Positions 28,406-42,918 of a DNA stretch of 64,000 bases are shown one piece after another. The notes beneath the pieces are model-generated. The model saw nothing but the letters and a program-made list of their open reading frames with translations. It ran no database searches and was not told the origin of the DNA. Position numbers and translations under genes: made by a program. Source of the DNA: Octopus vulgaris (lineage: Eukaryota); the NCBI GenBank assembly GCA_951406725.2, contig OX597826.1, positions 31,062,001 to 31,126,000 of the forward strand, read 5' to 3'. Each line of letters starts with the position of its first letter. Position 1 is the first letter of the stretch.

Positions 28406-28789
28406 ATACATACATGCATACATATATATGTGCGTGTGTGTGTGTGTGTGTGTGTGTTATATTATATACACACACAGAGAAACATTATAAACACCCAAAC
28501 CTCTATAGAAACTCACCATCAAGTCAGACATGCGCCCACACATACACACGATGATGATGGCGATGGTTATGATCATAATCGTTATGATACAAGCCTTCAT
28601 TTGTACGCGCTTTCGCACATGCATACATCGATAATATATACATACGTACATACATACAAACATCGAAATATAATACAAACAAACATGCAAAGATACATAC
28701 ATTCATACGGTGTACTTGCAAGCATACATCATACATACATCATACATACATACATACATACATACATACATACATACATACAAACGTAG

Positions 28790-29225
28790 ATAGTTGTAGG
28801 AATCAGCTGCCCAGCGGATCTTAACATAAAGCTAAAGATCATCGAAAAAGGAAATACGCTGAACTATCCAGATTAGAAGTTCAGGTTTATATTTGTAACT
28901 TTTGGGGCACTGGGATATCTAACTCGCAGTCTAAATACAAATCTTGAGAAATTAGGCTTCTCGAAACCAGATGCCTCGATGTGAATATCTCTTCCAGAAT
29001 CAGCGACAAAGAGAATATCTGCAGACAACTGCTTCAAAACTCATCGCTCCTCCATCTTGAATACAAACTTCATCTTGTGCCTGTAACAATTGGTATACTT
29101 TGTTCTGTAACACAGAATTTGGAGAAGCTTAGATTTTCAGGCAAAGACAGAAACCAGTAAATACGAACTGTACAAATACTATCTGTAACTGGAACGGTAA
29201 AAATATCCAAGACTTTCTTAAAAGG
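28790..29225 (+). mobile_element. Two tandem restriction-like-endonuclease 3' fragments of Dong/R4-like LINEs
   Basis: ISCPADLNIKLKIIEK...LGALGYLTRSLNTNLEKLGF, then DVNISSRISDKEN...PVTIGIL...NLEKLRF...SVTGTVKISKTFLK. Confidence 0.65.
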
Positions 29226-29843
29226 TGTAACAATTATTGTTGGGGATCTCAACTATCTAGGGAGAATTCTGATAAATAAATAAGTTAAGAAACACACATA
29301 GATGCATGTATACATACACGCAAGAACACATACGTACCAGCGCACAAACATATATGCATACATGCATAACACACACACCTTCATACTATATATATAGAGC
29401 ATACATACGTACACATGGATAAGTACATACATGCATACATACACACATGCATGCACGCACATATATGCTTACATAATGCAAACATACATACAAACATGCA
29501 TACATATATAAATACATTCATATATATATATATATATATATATAGTGCATGTCTAAATATATATATAGTGCATGCATACACATATACATAGACATACATG
29601 CATACAAGCATACCATTATCGTCAGTAATACACCTATTTTCCTTTACAATTTCATATATTATTATAATACAAGAAAGAAAACCCCTCAACAGTACAAACA
29701 AAACAAATAATAAACACAAACAACATTGAAAGCAACAACAAAAATCAAAGCAATACGTAAAATATCAACATGAAAAATTTAAAAGCAAAAAAATAACACT
29801 GTGACACTGAACTGTCAGGGGGTGCATACATACACACAAACAT

Positions 29844-29930
<87 letters not shown>

Positions 29931-30463
29931 AATATGTATATATGTATGTATATATGTACACACATATATGTAAACATATATACATATATCTACATATATA
30001 TGTAAGTGTGCGTATATATACATATAAATATATGCATATATATGTGTGTATATATATATATATGTATGTATGTATGTGCGTATATATACATATATAATAT
30101 ATATATGTATGCATACATACATATATATATATGTATATATATACATCTATATATACATATGTATGTATGCATGTATGTGCGTATATATACATATATGTGT
30201 GTGTGTGTGTGTGAGAGAGTGTGCATATATACAGTAGGTGTGTGTTTAGAGACTGTCAAGTTTGTATATAAGGCATTTATTTTAATTATAAAGATTCTCG
30301 TTGATAGCTCAGAGTTGAAGAGGTTGACTAAGTGCAAGGGAGAGCAGAATGAGGAGAGTTGGGAGAGGGGGCAGGATTTATAAAAGAAATAAAGAGACAA
30401 AGCGACAAAGAAGAAAAAGGAAGGAGAATGAAAGAAAGACAGAAAGACAGAAATAAATAAATA

Positions 30464-30515
<52 letters not shown>

Positions 30516-30620
30516 ATGAAAAGGGAAATGCTCTGTGTGTAAAGAAAGACACGCAGTTGGTCTTTGGTTTTGTTGATAAATATGTCTGTGCATCTAAATT
30601 GAAGAGTACGTACTTGTGTG

Positions 30621-30657
<37 letters not shown>

Positions 30658-30697
30658 ATGCATGTGTGTGTGTACGTTCGTGTGTGTGCTGTGCGTT

Positions 30698-30737
<40 letters not shown>

Positions 30738-30765
30738 CGAGTGACTATACATACACACACGCACA

Positions 30766-30796
<31 letters not shown>

Positions 30797-30812
30797 TTGT
30801 ATGCGTACATAT

Positions 30813-30852
<40 letters not shown>

Positions 30853-30980
30853 ATATATATCATGTATGCATCATGTGTTGCAAACGTCAGGTTTTCCAGC
30901 ATAAAAATAGACTTTAAATGTTGCCAAACCAAGAAGTAAAATAACTCGTAAATATGCGTATGTATTTTTTTGTCATACCA

Positions 30981-31027
<47 letters not shown>

Positions 31028-31739
31028 GTGTGTGTGTTTGCATGTATGTATGTGTCGATGAGCGGCCCCCTGGTGACGTCTTTGTCAAACGCTATTGTGC
31101 TTGTCATGAAATATTCCGTTGGTTGACCTCTTATCAACCAAATCTAGACAAGTACACCACACCTGTCTGGTTTACAATGTGAAGAGCAAGAAAAAGTCGC
31201 ACAAAACATTGTCTCCAGTTTTTAAACTATCAAACCATTCCATCAATTCATTGCTATATTTCATTGACCCCCCACAATGGCGTGAGACAAAAGGAGAAGT
31301 CAATAGGAATTGAACACAGAATGTGAAGAGCAGACTGAAAGCGTGCAAGACATTATATTATGTCCAGCACTGTAATTACTAGACCGACTCACATTCATAC
31401 CGTATGTGAGTGTTATATAAGGATGTATGTGTTTGAACGTCTTTTCAAAAATCCTTTAAAGATCACAAAAGCTTGTCCTCGACATTTCAAAGTTTTTTTA
31501 GACATTATCAAGAATTTGACCAAATTATGAGAAAAGTTCACATAAAGATTTCTTTAGTTCTTCTTCCTTAATATTGTCATTCAAATCTTTAATATAAATT
31601 GTGTGGTTTGGTCTGATGTCCATTGTATAGAAAATTACCTAACAGAATATACGAACAACTGCTCTATATTCAAGTGTATTTAATATGTGTATATATAAGT
31701 AATAATGTGTGCTACATCATATATATATATATATATTCG

Positions 31740-31927
31740 CCATGTTGGGCCACTGAACCCAACACGTTTTTTTTTTTCATTCTCTCTCTATTTCCTCTTA
31801 TTCTTTTCTGTCGAAGTGCATCGGCTCGAAACGCAAAAGACTTTCCAATTTCCCCGAGCGTCAAATATATACACTTGCTTGTTGTCCCTACATCTATCTT
31901 CGTCTTTGTTTTTCTATAAATTTGAAT
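31740..31927 (+). mobile_element. ~190-bp minimal-HHR-like element, decayed
   Basis: CTTTT-CTGTCGA-AGTGC-atcg-GCTC-GAAAC-GCA-AAAG; same family as 40017-40210. Confidence 0.6.
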
Positions 31928-31954
31928 GGTAAATACATATACATACACGCACAC

Positions 31955-32019
<65 letters not shown>

Positions 32020-32230
32020 CATTCTTTTACTCTTTTATTTGTTTCAGTCATTTGACTGCAACCATGCTGGAGCACCGCCTTTAGTCGAACAAATCGACCC
32101 CAGGACCCATTCTTTGTAAGCCTAGTACTTATTCTATCTATTTTGCCGAACCACTAAGTTACGGGGGCGTAGATACACCAACATCGGTTGTTAAGCGATG
32201 GTGTGGGGACAAACACAGATACACAACCAT
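32020..32230 (-). mobile_element. SINE family B, 3' half
   Basis: Matches the family-B tail. Confidence 0.85.
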
Positions 32231-32639
32231 ACACGTGTATATATATATATTACTCCACATGTAACCCGGTAGTACTCATAAGGAAAGCTCCTTAATGTAT
32301 CATTGTACAAATCCTCAAATAATACATCTTAGTAATTTTAAATTTATTCTCAAATATAATGATATAAATTATTTTCATGTATTTTTTCAAGTTACGAAAC
32401 AATTCCTTGTGATACTAGAAATTTGTAGATGGAGAGATGTGGATGGGGAGAAACACAGTCCCAAAGACATACTCACATGCATGCATACATACTTTCATAT
32501 AGATATGGATATAGATATATTTGGTAAACGGGTTTCCGTTTACCAAATTCATTCATAAATCATTGGTCGATTCGCGGCTATAGTACAACACTATTATACA
32601 CTTCGAAACCAAAGCGAGATTCTTAACTACACAACCAAA

Positions 32640-33410
32640 ATAGAATTAACAAAATTATTGAACGATATTCTGGAAAATAATATTTTGGTGGATGTTAAAT
32701 TCAATTGCTGATCTAACGAATTCCAGAAGTGAGAATTACCTCATGCTTTAATTCTGAAAGTTTTGGATGAAAAGGGTGAATTTTATGACCCGGACAAAAT
32801 AAGTGATGTAGCGTGCACAGAAATATATGATGCATATTTTGAACAAACAAATACTTGATGAAACTATTAAGAAATATATGATTCACGATCCTTGTGGCAA
32901 TGCGTTTACGAAATATTGACCGAGAAACTGATGAGCTCACGCCATACTTATTAAATGCCAGACATATTAGTATTCCTGAAGGGAGGCGGTGACTTTTAGA
33001 AATCAAAATGCATGACAAATCATAGGCAGTTTTATGGATGTAAGTTGATTCAGAAAAAGAACAGAGCTTAGAGTTCAGTAAAGGAAATGAGAGACAAACA
33101 TCAGACAAAAATGCGTACTCGAAAGCGTGGTTAGTCTTGAATCAACAAAACGCACGAGAGCGAGGCTCGATATATTTGTCTCTTCTATATCGTTACCGTT
33201 ATGTTTTCATCCAGAAGACTACATTTTGGAAACCAGGAATTCGTGATTTCGGTAAAATTATTTCAAGAATATACACTTCTAGTCCTAAAGTATCTAAACA
33301 CTTCTGTTTCGGAATATCATTCTTAAATGTGAAAAGAACAATTAACTTCGTATGTCTGCGATGATAGATGGAACTATTTACGCAATTTTTAAAGAAGTCG
33401 CAGAACCATA
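32640..33410 (+). mobile_element. Helitron RepHel relic (Rep/HUH region, internally deleted)
   Basis: Manual translation EFQK*ELPHALIL (cf. EFQKRGLPHAHIL), CTEIYD...KKYMIHDPCG (cf. SAEIPD...MIHGPCG), AWLVLN...YVF...WK...ISRIYTSSP...IDGTIYAIFKE. Confidence 0.85.
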
Positions 33411-33439
33411 AAATTCAATATTAAATGGCGATGAATTGT

Positions 33440-33720
33440 TTTGATCAGGGAGTTGGTAAAGAGGTCGGAGGGGTGGCTTACGTGACTACCCGAGGGGTTG
33501 ATAAACATCTGAAACGACCTTTTTTAAATCAGTGCCTGGTAAAAAAGGTCGGAGGGGCGGCATACATGACTACCCGGGGTGGGGTTATAAACATCTGAAA
33601 CGACCTTGTTTAAATCAGGGGGTTGGTAAAAAGGTCGGAGGGGCGGCATACGTGACTACCCGAAGGGTTTATAAACATCTGAAACGACCTTGTTTAAATC
33701 AGGGGCTTGGTAAAAAGGTC
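33440..33720 (+). repeat. ~84-bp GC-rich minisatellite, 3.3 units
   Basis: Unit TTAAATCAGGGG..TGGTAAAAAGGTCGGAGGGGCGGCATACGTGACTACCCG...ATAAACATCTGAAACGACCTTG. Confidence 0.92.
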
Positions 33721-33948
33721 AAAAATCGAACTAACGACTTTATGATCATGAGATGAATACGCTAAACACATAACCACGCACCTTAGCTGCGACCACTTAC
33801 GACATGGCTGAGCACATATTTTGCCTGTATTTATGTATCACTGTAACTGGTCACTTGAGGCAAAAAGAATTTTTAAAACTAAAGAAAGTAGCAATAGATT
33901 TTTAAGGTAAATAATGACGAACAGATGAATTAGACCGCGTATATATAT

Positions 33949-35110
33949 ATAGGGTACCCCCCGCAAAAAATGTATACACACTTTAGATAATTGTAAAGTA
34001 GTTTTTAAACTGACCTCTGTTCTGCTAACAACACGAAGCATTGGAATCGCAAACATCACGAAGCAATTTTTTTGGTATTTGTGTGAATTCTCCTTCACTG
34101 GCTGCTCTCAAATCAGCGACTGTTGCAGGTTCCTTTTAGGTATCCTCATAAAAAGAAGTCTAGTGGTGTGAGGTCAGGTGAATGTAGAGGATATTCAATG
34201 AAACCTTTCATCCAATCCACCTGTGTGGCAAGATCTCATCAAGGAAGGATCTGACATCGCGATGGTAGTGTGGGGTGTCCCAATTTGCTGAAAATAAAAC
34301 TCCTCATCTTCAAAGTCTTCTCTAATGCTTGGCATGACAGACTGTTGCAGCAAGTTCAAGTAGACCATATCAGTCACAGTAGCGTCAAAAAAGAATGGTA
34401 CAATTCTCTTGATGATAAGCCACACCACACTGTAACCTCTGGTAAATTAACATGGTATTCCACCATAACATGCAGATTCTCAGGTCCCCAGTAGGTGCAA
34501 TTGTAGCGGTTAATTGAACCATTTAATTTGAATGTGGCCTCATCACTCCACACAATCTTTGTTGGAAAGTGTGCATCTTCTGCACATCATACCAACTACC
34601 ACTCACAATACTATACTCTTCGGTCTGGATCATTGTCACTAATAGCATGGATTAACCTTGGAACGTAACTTTTCTATTGACAACGCTTCAAAATGCGTTG
34701 GACAGATGATTTTGAAATACCTACTTCACGATTCGCTTGCCGCAGAGATTTTCTTGGACATTGGTGATACGTTTCCAACACTCCTTCTTGCATTGTGAGT
34801 GTTGTCGATGTTAGTGGTCTTCCAGAACTCTCCTCGTGGATATTCTGAACAGTTCCATCGGCTTCAAATTTATCTCTAATTCGAGTGATGGTAAGTCGCG
34901 TTGGTGGATCTGTTTGAAACTCCCTCCTAACTGTCTTTGCACTTCAACTGTGTTTTCACACTTCCGGCAACATTCTAGAATGAATTTCTTTTGTTCAAAG
35001 CTTTGTCTGACTGCCATCATTGATTCTAATGGATTTCATCTGGAAAGAAAAAACATCAATTGAGTTATCAACAGCTAAATTGTGTATACACTTTTTGGGA
35101 CAACCTGTAC
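33949..35110 (-). mobile_element. Tc1/mariner DD41D (rosa-like) transposon with both TIRs, decayed
   Basis: TIRs ...AAAAA(A/G)TGTATACACA(C/A)TTTAG; transposase from 35020: [12 protein letters not shown]...FQQ(D)G.PH...SPDLTPLDFFL*GYLK; ~41-residue D-D spacing after frameshift repair. Confidence 0.88.
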
Positions 35111-35112
35111 AC

Positions 35113-35602
<490 letters not shown>

Positions 35603-36124
35603 GAAGGTATGTGTATATGTGTATATATATATCATCATCATCATCATCATCCTCTCAGGAAAATTCCTTGATCTAATTCTCATCATTATTGTCCAAATTT
35701 CTCTTGCAATGAACAAAGCAGCCCTACTTTCTTCGGATTCTTTCAGAATAATTTAATATATTCTTAAATGAGATAATATGGAACAAGACACATTTGGGGC
35801 GAAAGTTCTTGGAGAAGTTTGGTCCTAAATAAAGAATATCATCCTAAGAGGTTCTAATGCCTATATTATCGAGCCATGTGTCAAAAAGCTACCATTTTGG
35901 AGATTCTTGGAAAAGTTAAATCACAATGGAATCTTGAGCACGGCGGAGCAAGATAAATTCTTGCCATGGCTTTTTAAGAATTATTTTAAAATGGTTCCAA
36001 GTAGCATCGGAATTGCTTATGCTATGGGTGTCAGGGGAAAATACAACCGGAGGAATATACGTCAACAGCAACAACGATGAATCCACTGTTGTTACATAAA
36101 TGAAGTAATTACAACACGGAGAGA

Positions 36125-36532
36125 TTATTCTTTTATTTTTTTTTTACTTGTTTCAGTCATTTGACTGCGGCCATGCTGGAGCACACCGAACAAATCGACC
36201 GCACGACTTATTCTTTTTAAGCCTAGTACTTATTCTATCGGGGTCATTTGCCGAACCACTAGATTACGGGAACGTAGACACACAAACATCGATTGTCAAG
36301 CGATGGTGGGGGGTGACAGACACAGACATACGAATATATAAATGCATACATATATATATATATATATATATACGACGGGCTTCTTTCAGTTTCCGTCTAC
36401 CAAATCCACTCACAAGGCTTTGGTCGGCCCGAGGCTATAGTAGAAAACACTTGTCCATGGTGCCACGCAGTGAAACTGAACCCGGAACCATGTGGTTGGG
36501 AAGCAAGCTTCTTGCCACATACCTACGCCTGG
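36125..36532 (-). mobile_element. SINE family B, full length
   Basis: Head, internal (TA)n and tail all present. Confidence 0.88.
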
Positions 36533-36732
36533 AGTGGAAAGAGAGAGATACATACATCCATACCTCCTAAGAGTTGTTTAGTTTTTGAAATTATATTTTA
36601 CCTACCGCAAACTTTATTTAACAGAGAACTCAATACGTTAGAGTGGATAGCTATATTTATTATGGCGCAAGACACCTAACCACTGGGCCACACGCACACA
36701 CACGCACACACACATACACACACATGTGTATA

Positions 36733-36950
36733 TGGAAGCGCAATGGCCCAGTAGTTAGGGCAGCGGACTCGCGGTCGTAAGATCGCAGTTTCGATTCCCA
36801 GACCAGGCGTTGTAAGTATTTATTGAGCGAAAACACCTAAAGCTCCACGAGGCTACGGCAGTGGTTGGTGGCGAAATCTGCTGTACTGTTTCACCACAAA
36901 TTTCTCTCATTCTTCCTGTTTCTGTTGTACCTGTATTTCAAAGGGTCAGC
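36733..36950 (+). mobile_element. SINE family C, 5' part (ends at an HHR element)
   Basis: Family-C sequence stops at CAAAGGGTCAGCC. Confidence 0.85.
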
Positions 36951-37034
36951 CCTGATGAGAAGATTGCATTGTTTTAAATCATTTTATTCCTTCTGGAATA
37001 ATACCAATGTTTTCTTCGAAACATATGTCGGAAG
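36950..37034 (+). ncRNA. Type-I hammerhead ribozyme, canonical core, long stem II
   Basis: CUGAUGA(36952)-GAAGA..CAUUG..UUAUUCC-uucu-GGAAUAA..CAAUG..UCUUC-GAAAC-AUAU-GUC^GG; stem I reduced to 2 bp. Confidence 0.8.
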
Positions 37035-37068
37035 TATACAGATTTGAATAACACCTGCGTTTAACTCC

Positions 37069-37106
<38 letters not shown>

Positions 37107-37108
<2 letters not shown>

Positions 37109-37705
37109 CTTTTGCCCGACCTCACCTTGAATACTGTTGCCTACTGTGGTCCCCCCATACGAAGCAACTCATTATGAAAGTAGAAGCACTCCAGAGGTCA
37201 ATAACAAGAAAGATAGACAGCATGAGGGGCATTGATTATTAGGGTCGACTAAAAAAACTCAATCTCTACCCTCTCCAACGCCAACGGGACCGCAGCATCA
37301 TTTGTATGATGTGGAAAATATTTCATCAATATTGCACAAATGATGTTGGCAGCAGTTTTAAAATCCATCCAAGTCTTGATCCCCGTGCTATCCACCCACT
37401 ACAAAAATCAAACTGAGTACACATAGGAACATAACGTCACAATTACTTTACCTCTACCAGCTCCCTTTAGTACCATACCAAAATACATCAAAACGGAAAC
37501 GGATCCCATAAAATTCAAATGTTTACTGAACAAATTTCTTCAAAAAATCCCAGACCAACCTCCTACACCCGGATATGTCTCCAACAATAATAACTCTTTG
37601 CTAGAGTGGGCCATCATGCCACATATTTGATTAAAAGATTTCACCAGGTGGTGCTATTGAATTAGACATAGCCTTGGCCTATACTAGCCGAAAACTATCA
37701 AAGTT
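37107..37705 (+). mobile_element. CR1-group LINE 3' end
   Basis: TFARPHLEYCCLLWSPH...VEALQRSITRKI...RLKKLNLYPLQRQRDR...FLQKIPDQPPTPGY...NSLLEW, then a short 3' UTR. Confidence 0.85.
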
Positions 37706-38503
37706 ATATATACATATATGTATATATAGGTCTGTGTGTGTTTATATATATGTTTATATATATATATATATATATTTATATGTGTGTGTTTGTATATATA
37801 CATATGTGTGTATGTATGTATATACATATATACACATTTCAATATATAAACATACATACATATATGTGTGTATATATTTGTATATATATTTATATATATA
37901 TATATATATGAATATGGGAGTTCATGGAGTTGTGTGAGTGTGTGTGCGAGTGTGTCTGTGGGTGTGTGTGTGTGCGTGTGACTATATGTCATGCTTGGTG
38001 TCTATCTATATACGGGTATGCATGTACCTAAATATATATATATATGACTGTATAAGTACGGATTTTTATAATTACCTGTGCGCGTGCGTACATATGTATG
38101 GACGTTTATATGTATCTATACTTGTATATAAGAGTGTATGTATATATCAGTGTATATGTATGCATTTTGTGTATAAGTGTGTGTATTCATTTATGTCTGT
38201 ATGTCTGTCACTATATCTCTGTATGTGTATCAGCATGTATACTTGTACGCATGTATGTGTGTAGACACACGCATGCGCTCACCTTCTTTGTCCTTTGAAC
38301 AGAATCAACTACAACAGTTGTCATGGTTGCGAACAGTAAGAGATGGGGGAGGGGCGGCGCTGGCCAACACTGAATAAATCGATCTCTAAATCCTTCGATC
38401 AATAGACCATGAAGGTAGAAGCTGCTCATTTCAATTGATTTACTCCCGCTCTTTCCGCCATCATGACCACAACCACCTCCTCCTCCTCCTCCCCTCTCTT
38501 CTC

Positions 38504-38541
<38 letters not shown>

Positions 38542-38644
38542 CTTGCTTTTATGATGCTTATCACCGTTCCACCTTTAAAAAATGCAAGATCAATACATCG
38601 TCGAAACAACTCTTGTATACATATATATGTATACACACACACAC

Positions 38645-38679
<35 letters not shown>

Positions 38680-38901
38680 CATGTGTATATATGTGTGTGT
38701 GTGTGTGTATGTAGACGTGCATATATATGTGTGTGTGCATGAATGTTTATATGTATATTTATATATATATGTATATATATCATTATATATTTAAATATAT
38801 ACATATGTATGTATATATGTATATGTATATATGTATATTATGTATGCATGTATGTACGTATGTATATATATATATATATATACATGCATATACATCCATC
38901 T

Positions 38902-38954
<53 letters not shown>

Positions 38955-38975
38955 CATACATACATACATACATAC

Positions 38976-39020
<45 letters not shown>

Positions 39021-39642
39021 ATAGATGGATGGATAGAAAGGGGGATGGATGTACGTTGGCATGTGTGTATATATGTGTGCCTATATCAGCGTATGTGTGT
39101 ATATATGCATAGTTTACTCTTCCCAGTCGACCAGCATCACCATCACCTCATCTCTTACCATGGCTCTTCACCGCTACCACAACCACCACCACCACCACCA
39201 TCATCATCATCGCCACCGCCACCAGATCAATCAAGATGTCGTCATTCATGACTTACATCAAAATATCAAAACGACAACAACAAACACTACAACAGCACAA
39301 AAACAAACGTCGCCGCTTTTGCAGTTTATTCGTTTTCTTATTTGTTTCTTTTTAATACGTATGATCTTGTTTTTATGTATATTTTCTTCGTTTTTTGCTT
39401 TATTTAGTGGTTTTGGTTCTGCTTAACCAAACGGCCAAAGATCAACGGTTCAGAGGCGAACATTGACGTTCAATTTCCATCAAATATGCGGGGGTCATTT
39501 TCTTGACAGAGCTCTACCATTTTCATATACTGTGTGTATATATGCGAGTCCGTACATATGCGTACATACATACATGCATGCATGCATACATATACACATA
39601 CATACATACATACATACATACATACATACATACATACATACA

Positions 39643-39730
<88 letters not shown>

Positions 39731-39843
39731 CATATATATACACATATATAAACAGATATATATATATACACATATATATACATATATACATATATACATA
39801 TATACATATATATATATACATACAGACAGACAGACAGACAGAC

Positions 39844-39900
<57 letters not shown>

Positions 39901-39956
39901 TGTATATACATAGAAATATATATGCATATATATATACGTAGAAATATATATATTTA

Positions 39957-40016
<60 letters not shown>

Positions 40017-40019
<3 letters not shown>

Positions 40020-40210
40020 GTTGAACCGCTGAACTCTACACGTTTTTTTTTTCATTCTCTCTCTATTTATTTACTCTAAATGCTTTCTGTCAAAGAGCGT
40101 AGGTTTGAAACGTAAAAGACTTTTTCATTTTTCCTCGAACGTCAAACTAATACACTTGCTTGTTGCTCCTACACCTGTCTTCGTCGCTGTTTATCTAGAA
40201 ATTTGAACTA
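40017..40210 (+). mobile_element. ~190-bp minimal-HHR-like element, decayed
   Basis: CTTT-CTGTCAA-AGAGC-gtag-GTTT-GAAAC-GTA-AAAG; aligns with the 31740 copy. Confidence 0.6.
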
Positions 40211-41049
40211 CACACGCATACACACATACGCGCACACACACACACACATACACACACACACTCACACACACACATACACACACACATACACACAGACACA
40301 CACACACACACACACATACATACAAACGCTCGCATAAACGCACACATGCATAGATTAGATAAATATAATGCTTAAATTTTTTTTCCTTCTTTAATACGGC
40401 CTTCCGGTTGTTATTGATATTTTTGTGGCTGCAGTTACTTTTGTATTTTATTTATATTGCCTATTCCTATAATTCGATCTCTGCTAAATATTCCATCAAT
40501 ATCAATATTTAGCAAAAGTTCAAACTGCAATTTTCAATCATTTTAATCTCGATTACCTTAAATTAATTGCCATGTTTTTCCTCATTCATATTTGATCACT
40601 ATTGTAAGCAACTGAGATGTGTGCGCTTATGTATGTGTGTGTGTGTGTGTGTAGCTTTGTGTGTGTATGTGTGTATGCATGTGTGTCTGTATGTTTGTAT
40701 GTGTGTGCGCGTCTGTATCATGTATGCATGTGTATGCATTTGTGTGTATGTATGCTTGTATATGCTTGTATACTTCTGTGTGGTGTTGTGTGTTTGTGAA
40801 TGTGTGTATGTGTGTGTGTGTGTGCGTCTACGAGATGTATGTGTACGTGTGTTAGTGTGTGGATTTGCGTGTGGATGGATGTATGTGCGTATGTATGTGT
40901 GTTTGGGCGAATGTATGTGTGTGCATGTGTGTGTATGCGAGCGTGTGTGTGTCTGCGTGCATGTATGACTTTATGTGTACATACTTGCGTGTTTGTGTGA
41001 ACGTGTGTGTGTAGATATGTGCATACGTTTGTGTGTGTGTGTGTGTGTG

Positions 41050-41094
<45 letters not shown>

Positions 41095-41444
41095 ATGTGT
41101 CGATAAATAGATTTGTTGGGTTGTTGGTTAATTGATCTATTTAATTTTTTTATCATATTCATTTTTTTATTTTATATTTCCGTCATGGACATCCGATACC
41201 TAGTGCGTACCCCTAATCATTTTTGCATTTCCTTTCTTGGTTCAATTTAAACTTTTATTGACAGTTGATCGATGGAGTTGTAAAGTATCGGATGAGTTTG
41301 TTCTCGGTATTGGTTCCTACTCTTTACGTTCTGAGTTCAAATCCCACCAGTTTTGTTAGTTTTGCCTTTCATCGTCCAGGATCGTTAAAATAAAATACCA
41401 GTAAACAACGTGGGTCAATATAATCCAGTGTTCTCCTCTCCAAT

Positions 41445-42040
41445 TTGATTTGGTTTTTCTCAAATGAGAAAACTTCGACCGAGATCAATAAGTTAGCAGA
41501 AGAAATGATAGATGGTTATGTGCAGACCCTTTTGAAGTTCCAAGTCTTATGCATACCAAAGTTCCTGCAACTGTCATGATTTTAGGGATTGTCAGCAATG
41601 AAGGACATGTGATGCCTCCTTACTTCTTTCCACAAAGCCTAAGAGTTAATTCTGCCGCCTACATTGAGGTCCTAAAATAATTGTTAAGCCCTGGATAGAT
41701 AGTGTATGAAAAGGAAAAGCATATGTCTTTCAGTAAGACTCTGCACTATCACACATGGCTCTAGTAACACAGGAATGGATGGCTGAAAAATTTCATGATC
41801 ACATAACCCCTAACATTTAGCCTCTTAATTTCCCAGATATCAATCCATTGGACTATTACATGTGGAGCATTGTAGAGAGAGAGAGGTCAATGAACACGCC
41901 CATAACACCAAAGATACTTTGAAAGCTACCATAGTCAGAGTAATGTCCAAAATTAACCAGAACCACCGGATTCGAGAATGTAAATGATTTAGATCTCATA
42001 TAGACGCAATTGTTGAAGCTGATGGAGCTTTTTTTTAATA
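41445..42040 (+). mobile_element. Tc1/mariner DD37D (maT-like) transposase relic
   Basis: FFSNEK...VMILGIVSNEGHVMPPYFF...VFQ*DSALSH...PDINPLDYYMWS...IVEADG; 37 residues between the last two Asp. Confidence 0.85.
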
Positions 42041-42361
42041 ACTTTATAGAAAAGGTTAATTTTTATCCTCATAGCCTTTTTTTATGTTTCCACTCTCTTG
42101 TTTTTGTTACCAACTTTGACCCACCATATATCCAAAATTTTAGTTTGGAAGTTATGGGAGCAACTACCTTCGAAGACCCATATTGTTGCTGAATGCTCGA
42201 AATGAGGAGTAGAAAGACAGCCGACAACTGATGAAGGATCGTTCTTTGTGTTACTTTCCTGTTTTCCATTTTTTTATCTCTCGTTGTTTGCGTATTCAAC
42301 TCGTTTGTTTTCCTACTTCGAATTGTTTACTGTTGGTGAAGTCCTGTACCAATATATGCAT

Positions 42362-42495
<134 letters not shown>

Positions 42496-42545
42496 ATATA
42501 TGTATGTATGTATGTATATATATATATATATATGTATATATATGC

Positions 42546-42645
<100 letters not shown>

Positions 42646-42827
42646 TATTTAATTAAGGGTTCAGCAACGATTTGCCTCACCACACACCGAATTTAGAAAT
42701 AGCAGTCAAAAAGTTTTGGCTATTCTTTCTACTTAAAAGGGAGATCCCAGTAAAACCAAAGCACTTAAAAAACAAACGACGCAGGTAAAAGAGAAAGAAA
42801 TGACGAAAATCATTCTATATTAAGTTA

Positions 42828-42918
42828 CCTACGGACGCACGTTTCGGAATTAAGTCATTGTAGAGCATAAAAAATAAATAATTATGTCTTACCTGGCTAT
42901 TTTCCTCATCAGCGTAGG
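42828..42918 (-). ncRNA. Intact type-I hammerhead ribozyme
   Basis: CCUACG-CUGAUGA-GGAA[~50-nt hairpin]UUCC-GAAAC-GUGC-GUC^CGUAGG; 6-bp stem I; predicted cleavage between 42834 and 42833. Confidence 0.9.

Noticed and set aside
33440-33720. Regularly spaced repeats resembling a CRISPR array
   Set aside because: Whole units are repeated with no unique spacers; eukaryotic context and no cas genes
35650-36120. Complex non-repetitive stretch that might be coding (also 22200-22740)
   Set aside because: Short frames with stops, and no motif recognised on either strand
36733-36810. tRNA-Arg-like sequence (also at 35220, 28330, 53990)
   Set aside because: SINE heads continuing into SINE bodies; no complete cloverleaf
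42180-42240. CTGAATG..GAAA and CTGATGAAGG motifs in an element next to (TA)n
   Set aside because: Core spacing and stems do not fit a hammerhead; possibly a Penelope end but unsupported
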